Shown here: positions 1 to 9,537 of the stretch, piece by piece
How positions within the stretch are numbered: position 1 is the first letter of the stretch
How the letters are laid out: every line of letters begins with the position of its first letter
IMG/VR virus record: IMGVR_UViG_2654587510_000002
Coordinates: 3,053-67,052 of that record
Reading direction: 5' to 3' (one strand)
DNA from: a virus
Taxonomy: Duplodnaviria > Caudoviricetes
DNA length: 64,000 nucleotides
The notes under the pieces: generated by a model
Seen by the model: only the letters and a program-made list of their open reading frames with translations
Databases searched by the model: none
What the model was told of the DNA's origin: nothing
Made by a program: the position numbers and the translations under genes

Positions 1-833
1 AGGTGCGTAGCGAATGAGTGCCTTAAAGTATGACACGAGATGTTTTTCTCAATGTTGGCTTTTTGGCCTGCTACCTTAATGTGTTTTTGAAGCGCTGTTG
101 GGTGAATATGGTGTCTACGTAGCTCGCCTGTTTGTAAATCTGGCGACAAACGACTAGAGGGAAAGAGGAATTGCCAATTTAGGCTCCTTTCTGCGCTCGG
201 GTATTTTCTAGCGAGAGCTTCAGGTATGTATACACCAGAGAAAACTGTGTCATTCATGTCTTGATGATAGTAACTCGCGGATCTCTGTTGCTGTTGTTTG
301 ATAGCGGGGAAAAGCTCTGGAGCTATTGTCACTATGCGGTTTTTACCTCCTTTCCCTTGCCATACACGTACAGATTTATATGCATAATCGATATCTTGTA
401 CACGTAAGCGTAGACACTCCATTAAACGCAACCCTGATCCATACATTAATTGATAAGGTAATTTGTAGTTAGGTGAACAGTGATTGAATAGCCTTCCAAT
501 CTCTTCTGGAGTCATGACTGTTGGCAATTTTCTTGATTTATCTGAGCGCCGAAACTGCATATCAAGTTCTATGGGTTCTTGAATAATTTCTTTGTATAAA
601 AAGACTAACGCATTGAGAGCCAGACTTTGCGTTTTCCTCGCTGACTTTTTGTTAACAACCAGATGCGTTAGGAAATCTTCTACATGTCTAGAAGTTAAGC
701 TCTTTGGGTGCTTTTTATCATGATAAAGAATGTATTGGTGAATCCAATAAATGTACGCCTCCGTTGTACGAAGGGCATAGTGCCGTCCAAGCATGTATTC
801 TTGTATATACGATAGAAATGGTGATTTTTTCAT
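1..833 (-). CDS. intI: Integron integrase (3' end runs off the window)
   Basis: Manual translation MKKSPFLSYIQEYMLGRHY...YGSGLRLMECLRLRVQDID...QGKGGKNR...LRRHHIH...CHTLRHSFATHL. Contains the IntI-specific insertion and is divergent from the cassette array. Missing from the ORF track because it is truncated. Confidence 0.96.
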   Translation of the reverse strand, partial: MKKSPFLSYIQEYMLGRHYALRTTEAYIYWIHQYILYHDKKHPKSLTSRHVEDFLTHLVVNKKSARKTQSLALNALVFLYKEIIQEPIELDMQFRRSDKSRKLPTVMTPEEIGRLFNHCSPNYKLPYQLMYGSGLRLMECLRLRVQDIDYAYKSVRVWQGKGGKNRIVTIAPELFPAIKQQQQRSASYYHQDMNDTVFSGVYIPEALARKYPSAERSLNWQFLFPSSRLSPDLQTGELRRHHIHPTALQKHIKVAGQKANIEKNISCHTLRHSFATH

Positions 834-843
834 TAAACTGTAA

Positions 844-859
844 CTGGTTATCCACACAT
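844..859 (-). promoter_or_regulatory. Degenerate LexA (SOS) box upstream of intI
   Basis: CTGGTTATCCACACAT at the usual PintI SOS-box position; the terminal CAG is replaced by CAT. Confidence 0.45.
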
Positions 860-992
860 GAGTTTCAGTTTGGCACATCAATTCATGCTATATAGAAAAA
901 TTCTGTATTTTGGGATGTAGGAAAGAGGCTGTAGTGCTTAAGTTACTGTTAGTTTTCATAAAAACGGGGTATCGTTTACGTCATTAAGATAC

Positions 993-1051
993 TAGACAGA
1001 ATAATTCTGTATTTAAGTGCAGAATTATTCTGTCTAATATAGCTGTTATAA
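993..1051 (+). other. attI recombination site (crossover G^TT at 1045)
   Basis: GTTATAAGCC at 1045 is complementary to GGCTTATAAC at the end of cassette 1 (1769-1778). Preceded by CTAATATAGCT and a 17-bp inverted repeat. Confidence 0.85.
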
Positions 1052-1076
1052 GCCTTTCTTAGTATGGAGTTACTAA

Positions 1077-1769
1077 ATGGCAGATTTCAATAAATATGTT
1101 ATCCCTCTTTTTGAAGCATTAATTGATGCTGGAGAAATTAAAGAGACCCCAAGATTTCTTGGTATGGCATTTAGTATCGATAAAGATGGAACCATCGCTA
1201 CCTGTTCACACTTGTTTGCCGACCTAGATGATACAAAGGTAGTCATTGCGATACAGATGAGTGACAGTCAATTTTTTCTAGTTGAAAATATTGATTGTCA
1301 CCAAAAATATGACTTTGCCATAGCGAGTGTAAGAAGGCAGGTTGAAATAGTCTTACCATTTGTGCCTCAAGAAGATTTTCTGGCTGGTCTTGACGTAATG
1401 GCATATGGAGTTAATTCAAATGGTAAAATTGGGCAGCAACTCGATATGTGCCCGCGATTAATGAAAGGTCATATTGTGCGTATAGGTGAAAATCCACCTG
1501 TAGATCACGCTAAAAGTATCTGTGAGGTGTCGTTCCCTTCACTGGCTGGTTTTAGTGGTACTCCAATATTATCAAATGGCCCTCAACAATATGTTGCAGG
1601 AATGCTTTATGGTAACTATGAGTCGAGCATTGAGTTATTCAAAGTTACAGATATTGATGAATCGGGAAATAGTTACAATGAGCAAATTCACCGTATTTTT
1701 GAATTTGGTTTAGCTCATACGCCTGAAGATATGCTGCAATTTCTGAAAGACTTAGGCTATGAATCATAG
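1077..1769 (+). CDS. Cassette 1: trypsin-like serine protease
   Basis: Triad-like motifs TCSH, YDFAI and GFSGTP. Confidence 0.8.
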   Translation: MADFNKYVIPLFEALIDAGEIKETPRFLGMAFSIDKDGTIATCSHLFADLDDTKVVIAIQMSDSQFFLVENIDCHQKYDFAIASVRRQVEIVLPFVPQEDFLAGLDVMAYGVNSNGKIGQQLDMCPRLMKGHIVRIGENPPVDHAKSICEVSFPSLAGFSGTPILSNGPQQYVAGMLYGNYESSIELFKVTDIDESGNSYNEQIHRIFEFGLAHTPEDMLQFLKDLGYES

Positions 1770-1771
1770 GC

Positions 1772-1871
1772 TTATAACAAGCGCTTTAAACGGAACAAAA
1801 ACAATTGGTTAGGTTACGCTTCGCTCCACATTATAACCAACAGCTTTTGTCCGCTTAAGAGGGCGTTATGA
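1772..1871 (+). repeat. attC (100 bp, non-VXR type)
   Basis: TTATAAC...GTTATGA imperfect palindrome. Confidence 0.85.
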
Positions 1872-1909
1872 CTCACACAATATTTCTGGTTAGGTAGTCT
1901 AGGAAAATC

Positions 1910-2413
1910 ATGGGATTTAAATTTCGTAAACGTATAAAAATTGCACCAGGACTTCATGTCAATCTTAGCAAAAGCGGTGTTAGTACCTCTATCGGCAAGC
2001 CAGGTGCTACCGTAAATATTGGTAAAAAGGGTGTGAAAGCAACAGTCGGAATTCCAGGTTCTGGGCTTTCATATAGTCAGAATTTATCCGATAGTAACAG
2101 TTTTAAGGAGAGCAACTCACAAACCGAAAATGGAGGTTCCCTCTTCGGTAAGGTGTTAGCCGTTATCGTTACATTCTTCTTAGCGGTGAACTTTTTTAGT
2201 TCCCCCTCGGAACCTACTGTATCTGTGAGTACGGTAGAGGCCAAAAGTTTACGTGTGCGTGCAGAGGCAACCCTAAACTCAAAGGTTATCAACCAATTAG
2301 AAGCTGGTGATGAGGTTGTGGTCTTGAAAACTAATAGTAGTTGGGCATTAGTGGAAGGCAATGGTGTAAAAGGCTGGGTTGCTTCAGAGTACCTATCAAG
2401 TCCTAAGTCATAA
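1910..2413 (+). CDS. Cassette 2: DUF4236 + TM + SH3b domain protein
   Basis: MGFKFRKRIKIAPGLHVNLSKSG (DUF4236); C-terminal LRVRAEA...GWVASEYL (SH3b). Confidence 0.85.
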   Translation: MGFKFRKRIKIAPGLHVNLSKSGVSTSIGKPGATVNIGKKGVKATVGIPGSGLSYSQNLSDSNSFKESNSQTENGGSLFGKVLAVIVTFFLAVNFFSSPSEPTVSVSTVEAKSLRVRAEATLNSKVINQLEAGDEVVVLKTNSSWALVEGNGVKGWVASEYLSSPKS

Positions 2414-2533
2414 CAAGCTGTTTAAGTGTGATTCGCAACGCGTGGCATTTTTAGTATGCGTTGGTTTAAGTGAATAAGGTGGTCCGCTGCGGCATCGGTA
2501 TTGCGTTGCTCACACCTCAACAGGGCGTTATAT
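2408..2533 (+). repeat. attC (VXR-like)
   Basis: TCATAAC...GCGTTATAT, 126 bp. Confidence 0.92.
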
Positions 2534-2584
2534 ATCCCTCACTTGAGTGTTCAAAATCTGTGAGGGATAGTACTTAAGCTTAGA

Positions 2585-3376
2585 TTAGAGTGTGCTTTGA
2601 GTTTTCACTGTTCGTTTTGCTTTACTCTTTGCCTTATCTAACGAATTCTTATGCTTGGCGATTTCTTCGCCAAGCATAAGAACCTCTGCTTCAACACAAA
2701 ACTTCAAGTAATCAGCAAGAGCTTCTGGGGTACTAGGAAAGTCAGAGTTACTCTCGTATGGCATTTTTGCTGCGTTGAGCTTGCTAATTGCAATACTCTT
2801 TGCATCGACTTTTGATAGAACTTGTCGCTCCAATCTAAAGGTTGAGATTACCCAAACATTTTTAATTAGCTTGAAAATGGTATCTATTTCGGTATCTCTA
2901 CTAGGTTTATCCAATTGAATTAGAATATAAAAATCTGCATGTCGATAGTATATATCTAAGGCGTAGCTTTCTACGTCACCTTCTTCCGATTTATTTGGGT
3001 TTATCCAATGCCCTTCAGTTTGAGGAACCTCGAAATTATCAGTTGTTGTAGTTTTGACTTCGACTGATATTCCCGATTTGTAAGATGCACACTCAAAAGG
3101 TTCATTAAAAATGAGTTCTACTTCATCGTTCTGAGAAGTAGGTGCAGATTTTGTAGAAACGGAAATACAGTCAATTTTTAATTGTTTAGTGCAAAACTCG
3201 GCGAAAGCTGGAGAGCCACTGTAAAAAGGAATACTTAAGTCGAATACATCTTTGTGACCGTCTGGCTGTGCTGTAAAATGAGGCTCTTGCGCGAGACGCG
3301 CTTCGACAAACTTTCCTGTGATTGTTGGTTCAAAAACCAATAAAGAACGAGCAGCCTGTTTATCTTTGTTATTCAT
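2585..3376 (-). CDS. Cassette 3 (inverted): hypothetical, possible PD-(D/E)XK nuclease
   Basis: 263 aa ORF opposite to the array; FDL...SVEVKTT motif. Confidence 0.55.
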   Translation of the reverse strand: MNNKDKQAARSLLVFEPTITGKFVEARLAQEPHFTAQPDGHKDVFDLSIPFYSGSPAFAEFCTKQLKIDCISVSTKSAPTSQNDEVELIFNEPFECASYKSGISVEVKTTTTDNFEVPQTEGHWINPNKSEEGDVESYALDIYYRHADFYILIQLDKPSRDTEIDTIFKLIKNVWVISTFRLERQVLSKVDAKSIAISKLNAAKMPYESNSDFPSTPEALADYLKFCVEAEVLMLGEEIAKHKNSLDKAKSKAKRTVKTQSTL

Positions 3377-3468
3377 GTTAATTTATTATCTTATCTTCAT
3401 TGAAACTATGCGTATTCTTACACACAAATCGCTAGATAAGATAGTGAAAATAGTGTTTATAGTCAGAT

Positions 3469-3596
3469 ACATAACAAAGCATTTAAGAGTGATTCCCAAC
3501 GCTTGGCATTTTTCATTCCATCGTTTGGTTTTGTGTTTACGGTGCAATGGTTTAGGTTGGTGGTGGCGTTGCTCACACCTTAATGCGGCGTTATGT
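3469..3596 (+). repeat. attC (VXR-like)
   Basis: ACATAAC...GTTATGT, 128 bp. Confidence 0.92.
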
Positions 3597-3663
3597 GTAC
3601 TTAGTCCTTGAAAAATAGCAAATGTTCTATAGTATATCGGCTTCATATAAATGTGAGGTATAC

Positions 3664-4335
3664 ATGACTGTCATTGTATTAGATCGACAAGCTAACAAAA
3701 TTCTTTGTGATGAGCTTGGGTCTAACATTAGTTTCGACCAAAGAAGTGGTCTTGTTTGTACAACAACAACTGCGAGAAACCTACCATTCGCTAAGTTTTC
3801 ATCAACTGATTCATATGTAGCGGTGACAGCTGGTGAAAAAGTCTTTTGTGATCAGTTTGTGTCCCACATGAACGACGGAAAATACCGTGAAGCAATGATC
3901 CTTTTAACTAAGGTTCAAGATCCTCAAGCACTTTCAACTATTGTTGTTAACAAGAAAAATAAACGCATCGTTCCAAATTTGACTAGATGTTCTACACTTA
4001 ATAATCAGATGCTGTTTTCTGGTTCAGGTGGTGAATTTTACTTTCATGAGCGCATAAATGGTTGTACTCCTGAGGAAGCTTTTGATAAAGTGTGCAACAA
4101 CTACTATAACTTTTGTGGTGGTACTATGCGTTTTTATGATTTTAACAACGGAGATACGAACATGGACGAAACATTAGATATTCTTTCGGCTCAGTCTTCG
4201 AGTGAGTACGAAAACGTAATATTTCCAGTTGGAACAAAGCCTTATGGTGCTGTAAGTATCCAACCAGAGTCTGATTTAGACCCCCATCAAATGTCTATAG
4301 ATGACATTCTAGAGACAGAATTAGAGGCTGAGTAA
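3664..4335 (+). CDS. Cassette 4: hypothetical, possible Ntn-hydrolase (HslV/proteasome beta-like)
   Basis: GAGGT RBS then MTVIV; contains SGSGG and EEAFDKV...CGG. Confidence 0.5.
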   Translation: MTVIVLDRQANKILCDELGSNISFDQRSGLVCTTTTARNLPFAKFSSTDSYVAVTAGEKVFCDQFVSHMNDGKYREAMILLTKVQDPQALSTIVVNKKNKRIVPNLTRCSTLNNQMLFSGSGGEFYFHERINGCTPEEAFDKVCNNYYNFCGGTMRFYDFNNGDTNMDETLDILSAQSSSEYENVIFPVGTKPYGAVSIQPESDLDPHQMSIDDILETELEAE

Positions 4336-4437
4336 TCAGCCTTTTTCGTAATTATTCTTTAATCCCTCATATCTAAAGCTCAAACTCTTCTGCGTCTAAG
4401 TGCTCTCCTCATCCTATAGAGGGTTCTAGTTTTGTAC

Positions 4438-4534
4438 ACATAACAAAGCATTTAAGAGTGATTCGCAACGCTTGGCAGTTTCGCTTCGCTCAAGTATAGC
4501 CAAGCGTCGCTCACACCTTAATGCGGCGTTAGCT
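4438..4534 (+). repeat. attC (short, 97 bp)
   Basis: Near-identical to the attC at 15256-15352. Confidence 0.92.
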
Positions 4535-4554
4535 TAAAGTAGGTGTAATCTAAT

Positions 4555-4953
4555 ATGTCTGTTTTTTTTCTTAATATAGTGCTTAGTATTTTGTCAGGAA
4601 TATACGCAGGCTTAGTTGTTGCTCGATTCGTGAAGTTTGAAGAAATAAGATCCCAAGTAAAAAAAGCAATTCATGAAATTGACTATATGAACGAGGGAGT
4701 TAATGGCGAGTATGTCATTATAAATCAAGAGGATTGTGGCGATCTATCGCTTTACTATTCTGATTTATTGTATCTGAGGCATACGAGCGCTGCAGAAATT
4801 GTAGGGAATTTAATTACTGCGATTAACCATACGAAACATACTGGTCATCAATCCACTGGTGATGTAAGTGATTTTCATGTTCGGTGGCAAGGTTTGGTGA
4901 GAAAGATGAGCCCTAATATATGGGTGTTATTGAGTTTAAGGTTAAAAGTCTAA
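4555..4953 (+). CDS. Cassette 5: hypothetical protein with N-terminal TM
   Basis: ORF fills the cassette; hydrophobic N-terminus. Confidence 0.75.
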   Translation: MSVFFLNIVLSILSGIYAGLVVARFVKFEEIRSQVKKAIHEIDYMNEGVNGEYVIINQEDCGDLSLYYSDLLYLRHTSAAEIVGNLITAINHTKHTGHQSTGDVSDFHVRWQGLVRKMSPNIWVLLSLRLKV

Positions 4954-4960
4954 GTTTTTA

Positions 4961-5088
4961 AGCTAACAAAGCATTTAAGACGGATTCTCAACGCTTGGCA
5001 ATTTCAGTTCAGGTCAGCTTAAGTGCTAAATGTGGCAAGGTTTAAGGTTGAGTGGTTGCGTTGTTCACCACTTAATGCGGCGTTATGT
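4961..5088 (+). repeat. attC (VXR-like)
   Basis: AGCTAAC...GTTATGT. Confidence 0.92.
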
Positions 5089-5148
5089 TCATTAAGTGTT
5101 GTTAGCTATCAGAAATAGTACTTCAACCATAGTAGTAGGGAATAGGCT

Positions 5149-5478
5149 ATGAAATTGCGCGATAAACATGCTCAAGAAACGATCAAGCGACTTCACAGTA
5201 ACCCCGAAAACTGGAAATTGAAAGAGTTCAAGAAAGCCTATTTCGTGTTAACGGGTAGAAGGAAAGTGCTGACGGAAGATGAAGCAAAGCTAATTTTTGA
5301 AGAATGGGTAGGCTCTCCTTATAGATACCAGAGTTTGGACTTCTCGCTAGCACTTTTATTACTCTCTGGGGACTGGTTTAAACCGCAATCAACATCGAAG
5401 ATGTCAAAGCAAGTCAAAGTCAAATATGCATCAGGTGACGTTAGTACTTGTACGAGCCCGGTTGCTTACAAAAAATGA
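5149..5478 (+). CDS. Cassette 6: hypothetical protein
   Basis: 109 aa ORF ending at the attC. Confidence 0.7.
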   Translation: MKLRDKHAQETIKRLHSNPENWKLKEFKKAYFVLTGRRKVLTEDEAKLIFEEWVGSPYRYQSLDFSLALLLLSGDWFKPQSTSKMSKQVKVKYASGDVSTCTSPVAYKK

Positions 5479-5604
5479 ACATAACAAATTGTTCAAGAGG
5501 GATTCGCAACGCGTGGCATTTTTACTATGCGTTGGTTTTAGTGATTAAGGTGGTGTGCGGGATCTTCTGTATTGCGTTGCTCACCCCTTAACAAGGCGTT
5601 ATGT
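5479..5604 (+). repeat. attC (VXR-like)
   Basis: ACATAAC...GTTATGT. Confidence 0.92.
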
Positions 5605-5609
5605 TTCCT

Positions 5610-5660
5610 AGACGATTAAGACGATTAAGACGATTAAGACGATTAAGACGATTAAGACGA
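5610..5660 (+). repeat. 9-bp tandem repeat (AGACGATTA) x5.7
   Basis: Perfect repeat read directly. Confidence 0.97.
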
Positions 5661-5672
5661 AAAGTGGAAGAT

Positions 5673-6644
5673 ATGGACGAAACTTTAGAAGAATACGTAG
5701 CTAATATTAAGCAAAAATATTTAACAGATGCAAATCAAGGTTCAGTTGATTTCCCATCGAAGAAAAAACTTGAAACGGACAATACTGCTAGTCTAGAGGT
5801 CTTCGTCGAACAGGCTGAAAAATTGCTAAGTAATCGAATCGATTATTGTATTTTTAATAAGGGTATGGGAATTAAAGACCGGCAAAGTTTACTCGAATTG
5901 TTGATTGCGGATGTAGAACAGTTTGCCACTAATCATCGGTTGGAAATTAGTGATAAGTTTATGCTTAGTTTTTCTCAGTCACAAATTTCTGACCATGCAT
6001 TTTTTCAGTTGGCTGCTTCTTCAATATTGCCCAAAACTTATGAATCTATAGACCTTCTTCAACATGAAGAAACATTCAGCATATACTCGATACCATTTAA
6101 GTTGAGAGTTGCGATTGAAAATAAAATTAAATCAATGATAGGTTTTCAGTCGAGTGACGTAAGTCGAAATGGTAAGGTAAAAAAAGAAACCCAAGAACTT
6201 CCTGTAACGATGATAATACATGAGTTAATAAAGTTAAAATGTTTAAATCTTCCTTGTGATCTTCAAAGTATTTCAAATATATATACGTGGTCTTGTTCAT
6301 TTTGTCATACAGGTAAAAAAGAGTATTTATGGATGTCGATGAAAGCAATCGAAACGTTGTCACTGTTGTTTTTGTTTGATGAGCAAAAAAAGAAAGAAAT
6401 AAACATTCATGATATTTGGCCTAATGATTTAACTGAAGAGGATTTAACTGCAAAGATAATTAATTACAGGGGCTTTACATGTCCACTGTATTACTTCAAA
6501 GATGGTTGGTCTGTAAATAGGCTTCAAGAAACCTTGAACAATTCCAAAAACAAAAATCTCAAGCCGTATAAATTTAAACTTTCAGAAGTTGCTTTAGATG
6601 AATGTAATGGGTTCTATTGCTCTTCTTCAGAACGGTGGGTATAA
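5673..6644 (+). CDS. Cassette 7: hypothetical protein
   Basis: Likely start MDETLEE after GTGGAAG; in-frame upstream ATG at 5601. Confidence 0.75.
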   Translation: MDETLEEYVANIKQKYLTDANQGSVDFPSKKKLETDNTASLEVFVEQAEKLLSNRIDYCIFNKGMGIKDRQSLLELLIADVEQFATNHRLEISDKFMLSFSQSQISDHAFFQLAASSILPKTYESIDLLQHEETFSIYSIPFKLRVAIENKIKSMIGFQSSDVSRNGKVKKETQELPVTMIIHELIKLKCLNLPCDLQSISNIYTWSCSFCHTGKKEYLWMSMKAIETLSLLFLFDEQKKKEINIHDIWPNDLTEEDLTAKIINYRGFTCPLYYFKDGWSVNRLQETLNNSKNKNLKPYKFKLSEVALDECNGFYCSSSERWV

Positions 6645-6767
6645 ACATAACAAATTGCTTAAGAATGACGGCTAACCTTTGGCATTTTTGGTTTGGTTGA
6701 GTTCAGTGATTAAGGTGGCTTTGCTTAGGTTTAGTGGTGTTAGCCGCACCTTAGCAAGGCGTTAGAA
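6645..6767 (+). repeat. attC (VXR-like variant)
   Basis: ACATAAC...GTTAGAA. Confidence 0.88.
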
Positions 6768-7253
6768 ATGCCATCTAGTAATGAGTGTGAAATGGGCAGT
6801 ATAAAGAAAGAAATATTCGAATTATCAAGTATATTTTGGCGAGCGGCGATGTCCAGCAGAGCTATTCATATCTTTTTGTTCAAAGGTCTAGGTATATTTG
6901 CGGTAGCGGCTGTTTCTGGTTATGCGGCTAAACTGTTTGCCTTACTTCCACTGGATATCCAAGCGCAAACGCAGCTTGAATTGGCTGCGTCTGAAGTTAA
7001 CTTATATGAAACGCACCAAATAGGAACAATCAAAGAAATAGCGATGGCCCAGGCAAACTTGCGGGCTGCTGAGTATTCAACCAACTTAATAAATGTAAGT
7101 CTCAATGCGTTAGAAAACTGGTTTTTAGCTGCTATACCATGGTGTTGGTTAATGCTTGTATTCGCTTTCTTGCATTGGAGTTTATATGAAATATATAAGC
7201 ATTATGATCTTCGTAAGGAACGTTCTGGGTGTGGAACTGAAGAGCATTTCTAA
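6768..7253 (+). CDS. Cassette 8: membrane protein (start uncertain)
   Basis: Two hydrophobic segments; stop overlaps the attC. Confidence 0.7.
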   Translation: MPSSNECEMGSIKKEIFELSSIFWRAAMSSRAIHIFLFKGLGIFAVAAVSGYAAKLFALLPLDIQAQTQLELAASEVNLYETHQIGTIKEIAMAQANLRAAEYSTNLINVSLNALENWFLAAIPWCWLMLVFAFLHWSLYEIYKHYDLRKERSGCGTEEHF

Positions 7254-7376
7254 CAAAGCGTTTAAGACAGATTCCCAACGCTTGGCATTTTCAGTGTTAG
7301 TCGTTGGGTTTTGTGTTTATGGTGGTATGGTTAGATTTCGTGGTAGCGTTGCTCACTACTTAACGCGGCGTTAGCC
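7248..7376 (+). repeat. attC (VXR-like)
   Basis: TTCTAAC...GTTAGCC. Confidence 0.92.
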
Positions 7377-7399
7377 CTCTATCGTTACCAGTTATATTT

Positions 7400-7753
7400 A
7401 TGCATCGTATTTTGTATCCCTATCTGGCATATAATGTGGGCTTGTTGTTTAGTGAGTTCAAGCGGAATTCTATGATGTATTTAGAAGTTTTTGGTATTGC
7501 GGTAACTGTGTTCGCAGGGTTAGCTTTGATGTTTTATAGGCTAAATCCTCTAATGCTATTTTTCTCTGGAATCGGGCTTACAATTTACGGTGCTACGTTG
7601 GGGCTAGATTTGAAATCGCAGGGGCAAACGTTTGATAATACGATGGTTGTCGGGCTAGGGGAGATGTTCTTGATCTTTATCTCTATCATCGGAGGTGCGT
7701 TAGTGAGTACAGCGTTTAATGAGTTACGATCAAAGCACCAAAACAAGGGCTAA
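7400..7753 (+). CDS. Cassette 9: small multi-TM protein (start may be 7472)
   Basis: Three hydrophobic segments. Confidence 0.7.
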   Translation: MHRILYPYLAYNVGLLFSEFKRNSMMYLEVFGIAVTVFAGLALMFYRLNPLMLFFSGIGLTIYGATLGLDLKSQGQTFDNTMVVGLGEMFLIFISIIGGALVSTAFNELRSKHQNKG

Positions 7754-7873
7754 CAAACTGTTTAAGAGTGATTCGCAACGCTTGGCATTTTTGCTATGCG
7801 TTGCGTTTAGTGTTTAAGGTGGCATGCAGTAACTTCAGTATTGCGTTACTCACACCTTAACAGGGCGTTAGCT
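7748..7873 (+). repeat. attC (VXR-like)
   Basis: GGCTAAC...GTTAGCT. Confidence 0.92.
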
Positions 7874-7982
7874 GTCTCTTGATATTTGCAGAAACTTTAC
7901 AGCTTCAATGTACCGTGGTCTTTCACCTTAGCGATGTAAATGTTTAAATCCCCTTGTTTTTTCTTAGATCGAAGGTGTGGTT

Positions 7983-8465
7983 ATGGGTAAAGTGTTAGTT
8001 AGTTCATGCTTGCTTGGGTGTAAAGTTCGTTATGACGGAAATGATTTAAAGCCTGAATCTCAAGAGTTTCAGGAGTTTATTGAAGAAAACGAAATCATCT
8101 CTTTCTGTCCTGAAGTTGCTGGTGGTTTGCCTATTCCTAGAGTGCCTGCCGAAATCTGTGGAGGTGATGGCTGTAATGTCATCGAAGGATCTTCAAAGAT
8201 TAAGGGTAAAGATGGTTCAGATGTAACAAATGAGTTTCTCAAGGGAGCAAATCTAGCGTTGGACATTTGTCAGAAAGAAAATATCTCAACGGCTATTTTA
8301 ACTGACGGAAGTCCTTCTTGTGGTAGTTCCCAGATATACAATGGAAAGTTTGAAGGAACAAAAATTGTAGGTTCGGGTGTTACCACTGCACTACTTCGTC
8401 AAAATGGTATAAGTGTCTTCAACCAACACGAAGTTGCTATGGCTAAAAATGGCCTAAGCAAGTAG
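7983..8465 (+). CDS. Cassette 10: DUF523/YbbK (2-thiouracil desulfurase family) protein
   Basis: LVSSCLLG.KVRYDG, CPEVAGGLPIPR, SPSCGS, GVTTALL. Confidence 0.92.
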   Translation: MGKVLVSSCLLGCKVRYDGNDLKPESQEFQEFIEENEIISFCPEVAGGLPIPRVPAEICGGDGCNVIEGSSKIKGKDGSDVTNEFLKGANLALDICQKENISTAILTDGSPSCGSSQIYNGKFEGTKIVGSGVTTALLRQNGISVFNQHEVAMAKNGLSK

Positions 8466-8475
8466 TTCGCAAAAC

Positions 8476-8603
8476 AGCTAACAAGCAATTTAAGAGGGAT
8501 TCACAACGCTTGGCATTTTTGCTTCTATTTCAATTTTAGTGTTTATGGCACAATGTTTTAGGTTGGGCGGAGGCGTTGTTCACCCCTTAATTGGGCGTTA
8601 GGC
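8476..8603 (+). repeat. attC (VXR-like)
   Basis: AGCTAAC...GTTAGGC. Confidence 0.92.
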
Positions 8604-8629
8604 TTCATTTTAATTAGGTATATAAATTC

Positions 8630-9406
8630 GTGGAAAAAACAGAAAAAATTGCATTGGGTGTGTTTATCGGAGTAGTAGCTATATTTCTAATTTACGCTGC
8701 GTTTCTAATTTTATTAACTTGGCCTATATCTGAGTTTTCAATTAATAAATCAGGCGTATTTGGGGATAGTTTTGGAGCTCTTACTTCTATTTTCTCAGGT
8801 CTTGCATTTGCAGGTGTGGTTTGGACAATTGTCTCCCAACGTGAAGAGTTAAAGGTCACTAGGGATGAGCTTAAAAACCAAGGGTTTGAAAATGCTTTTT
8901 TCCAAATGTTGAAATTACACAATCAAATCATTAATGAAATAGACTTATTGAACACCCGTAAACAGGCTGGAGTGGTTAGGACTGCAGGTAGGGATTGTTT
9001 TGTAACCTTTGCTAACCGTTTCTTTGAGCACTACGATGTGCAAGTTAGAAAGGATGATGATCTCGAGGGTGAAACAAACCGACTTTATGCTGCTTATTCG
9101 AGTTTCTGGGATGATAATGGGCATGAACTAGCTCACTACTTTAGATTTTTGTATAACATTTTTAAGTTTATTGATGAAAGTGAAATTGAAAATAAGCAAT
9201 TTTACTCTCGCCTGGTACGAGCCCAGTTGTCTGATCAAGAGTTGATTCTTATCTACTATAATAGCTTCGGTCCATATGGGAAAAAATTCCAGTCTTATAT
9301 AGAAAGATTTCAGTTAATGGATAACCTACAAAAATCATACTTAGCTCATGAATCACATATGACGCTTATTAGTGATAAAGTTAAGTTCTGTGAACCAGAA
9401 GCCTAA
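8630..9406 (+). CDS. Cassette 11: putative phage abortive infection protein (putAbiC family)
   Basis: GVFGDSFG TM hairpin, FENAFFQML, LAHYFRFLY, RAQLSDQEL. Confidence 0.85.
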   Translation: MEKTEKIALGVFIGVVAIFLIYAAFLILLTWPISEFSINKSGVFGDSFGALTSIFSGLAFAGVVWTIVSQREELKVTRDELKNQGFENAFFQMLKLHNQIINEIDLLNTRKQAGVVRTAGRDCFVTFANRFFEHYDVQVRKDDDLEGETNRLYAAYSSFWDDNGHELAHYFRFLYNIFKFIDESEIENKQFYSRLVRAQLSDQELILIYYNSFGPYGKKFQSYIERFQLMDNLQKSYLAHESHMTLISDKVKFCEPEA

Positions 9407-9526
9407 CAATCTGTTTAAGAGTGATTCGCAACGCGTGGCATTTTTACTATGCGTTGCGTTTAGTGTTTAAGGTGGTATGCGGCGGCTTTGGTATTGCGTT
9501 GCTCACACCTTAACAGGGCGTTATAA
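9401..9526 (+). repeat. attC (VXR-like)
   Basis: GCCTAAC...GTTATAA. Confidence 0.92.
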
Positions 9527-9537
9527 CGATCGGAAGT

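Noticed and set aside
704-895. ORF-track 63-aa plus-strand ORF
   Set aside because: Antisense shadow of intI and its promoter.
3318-3646. ORFs spanning attC sites (also 7156-7374, 11826-12068 and the 13421 extension of the OLD gene)
   Set aside because: They read through attC palindromes; typical spurious calls.
4379-4411. Antisense micro-ORF MRRALRRRRV in the cassette 4 tail
   Set aside because: Only 10 codons with no independent support.
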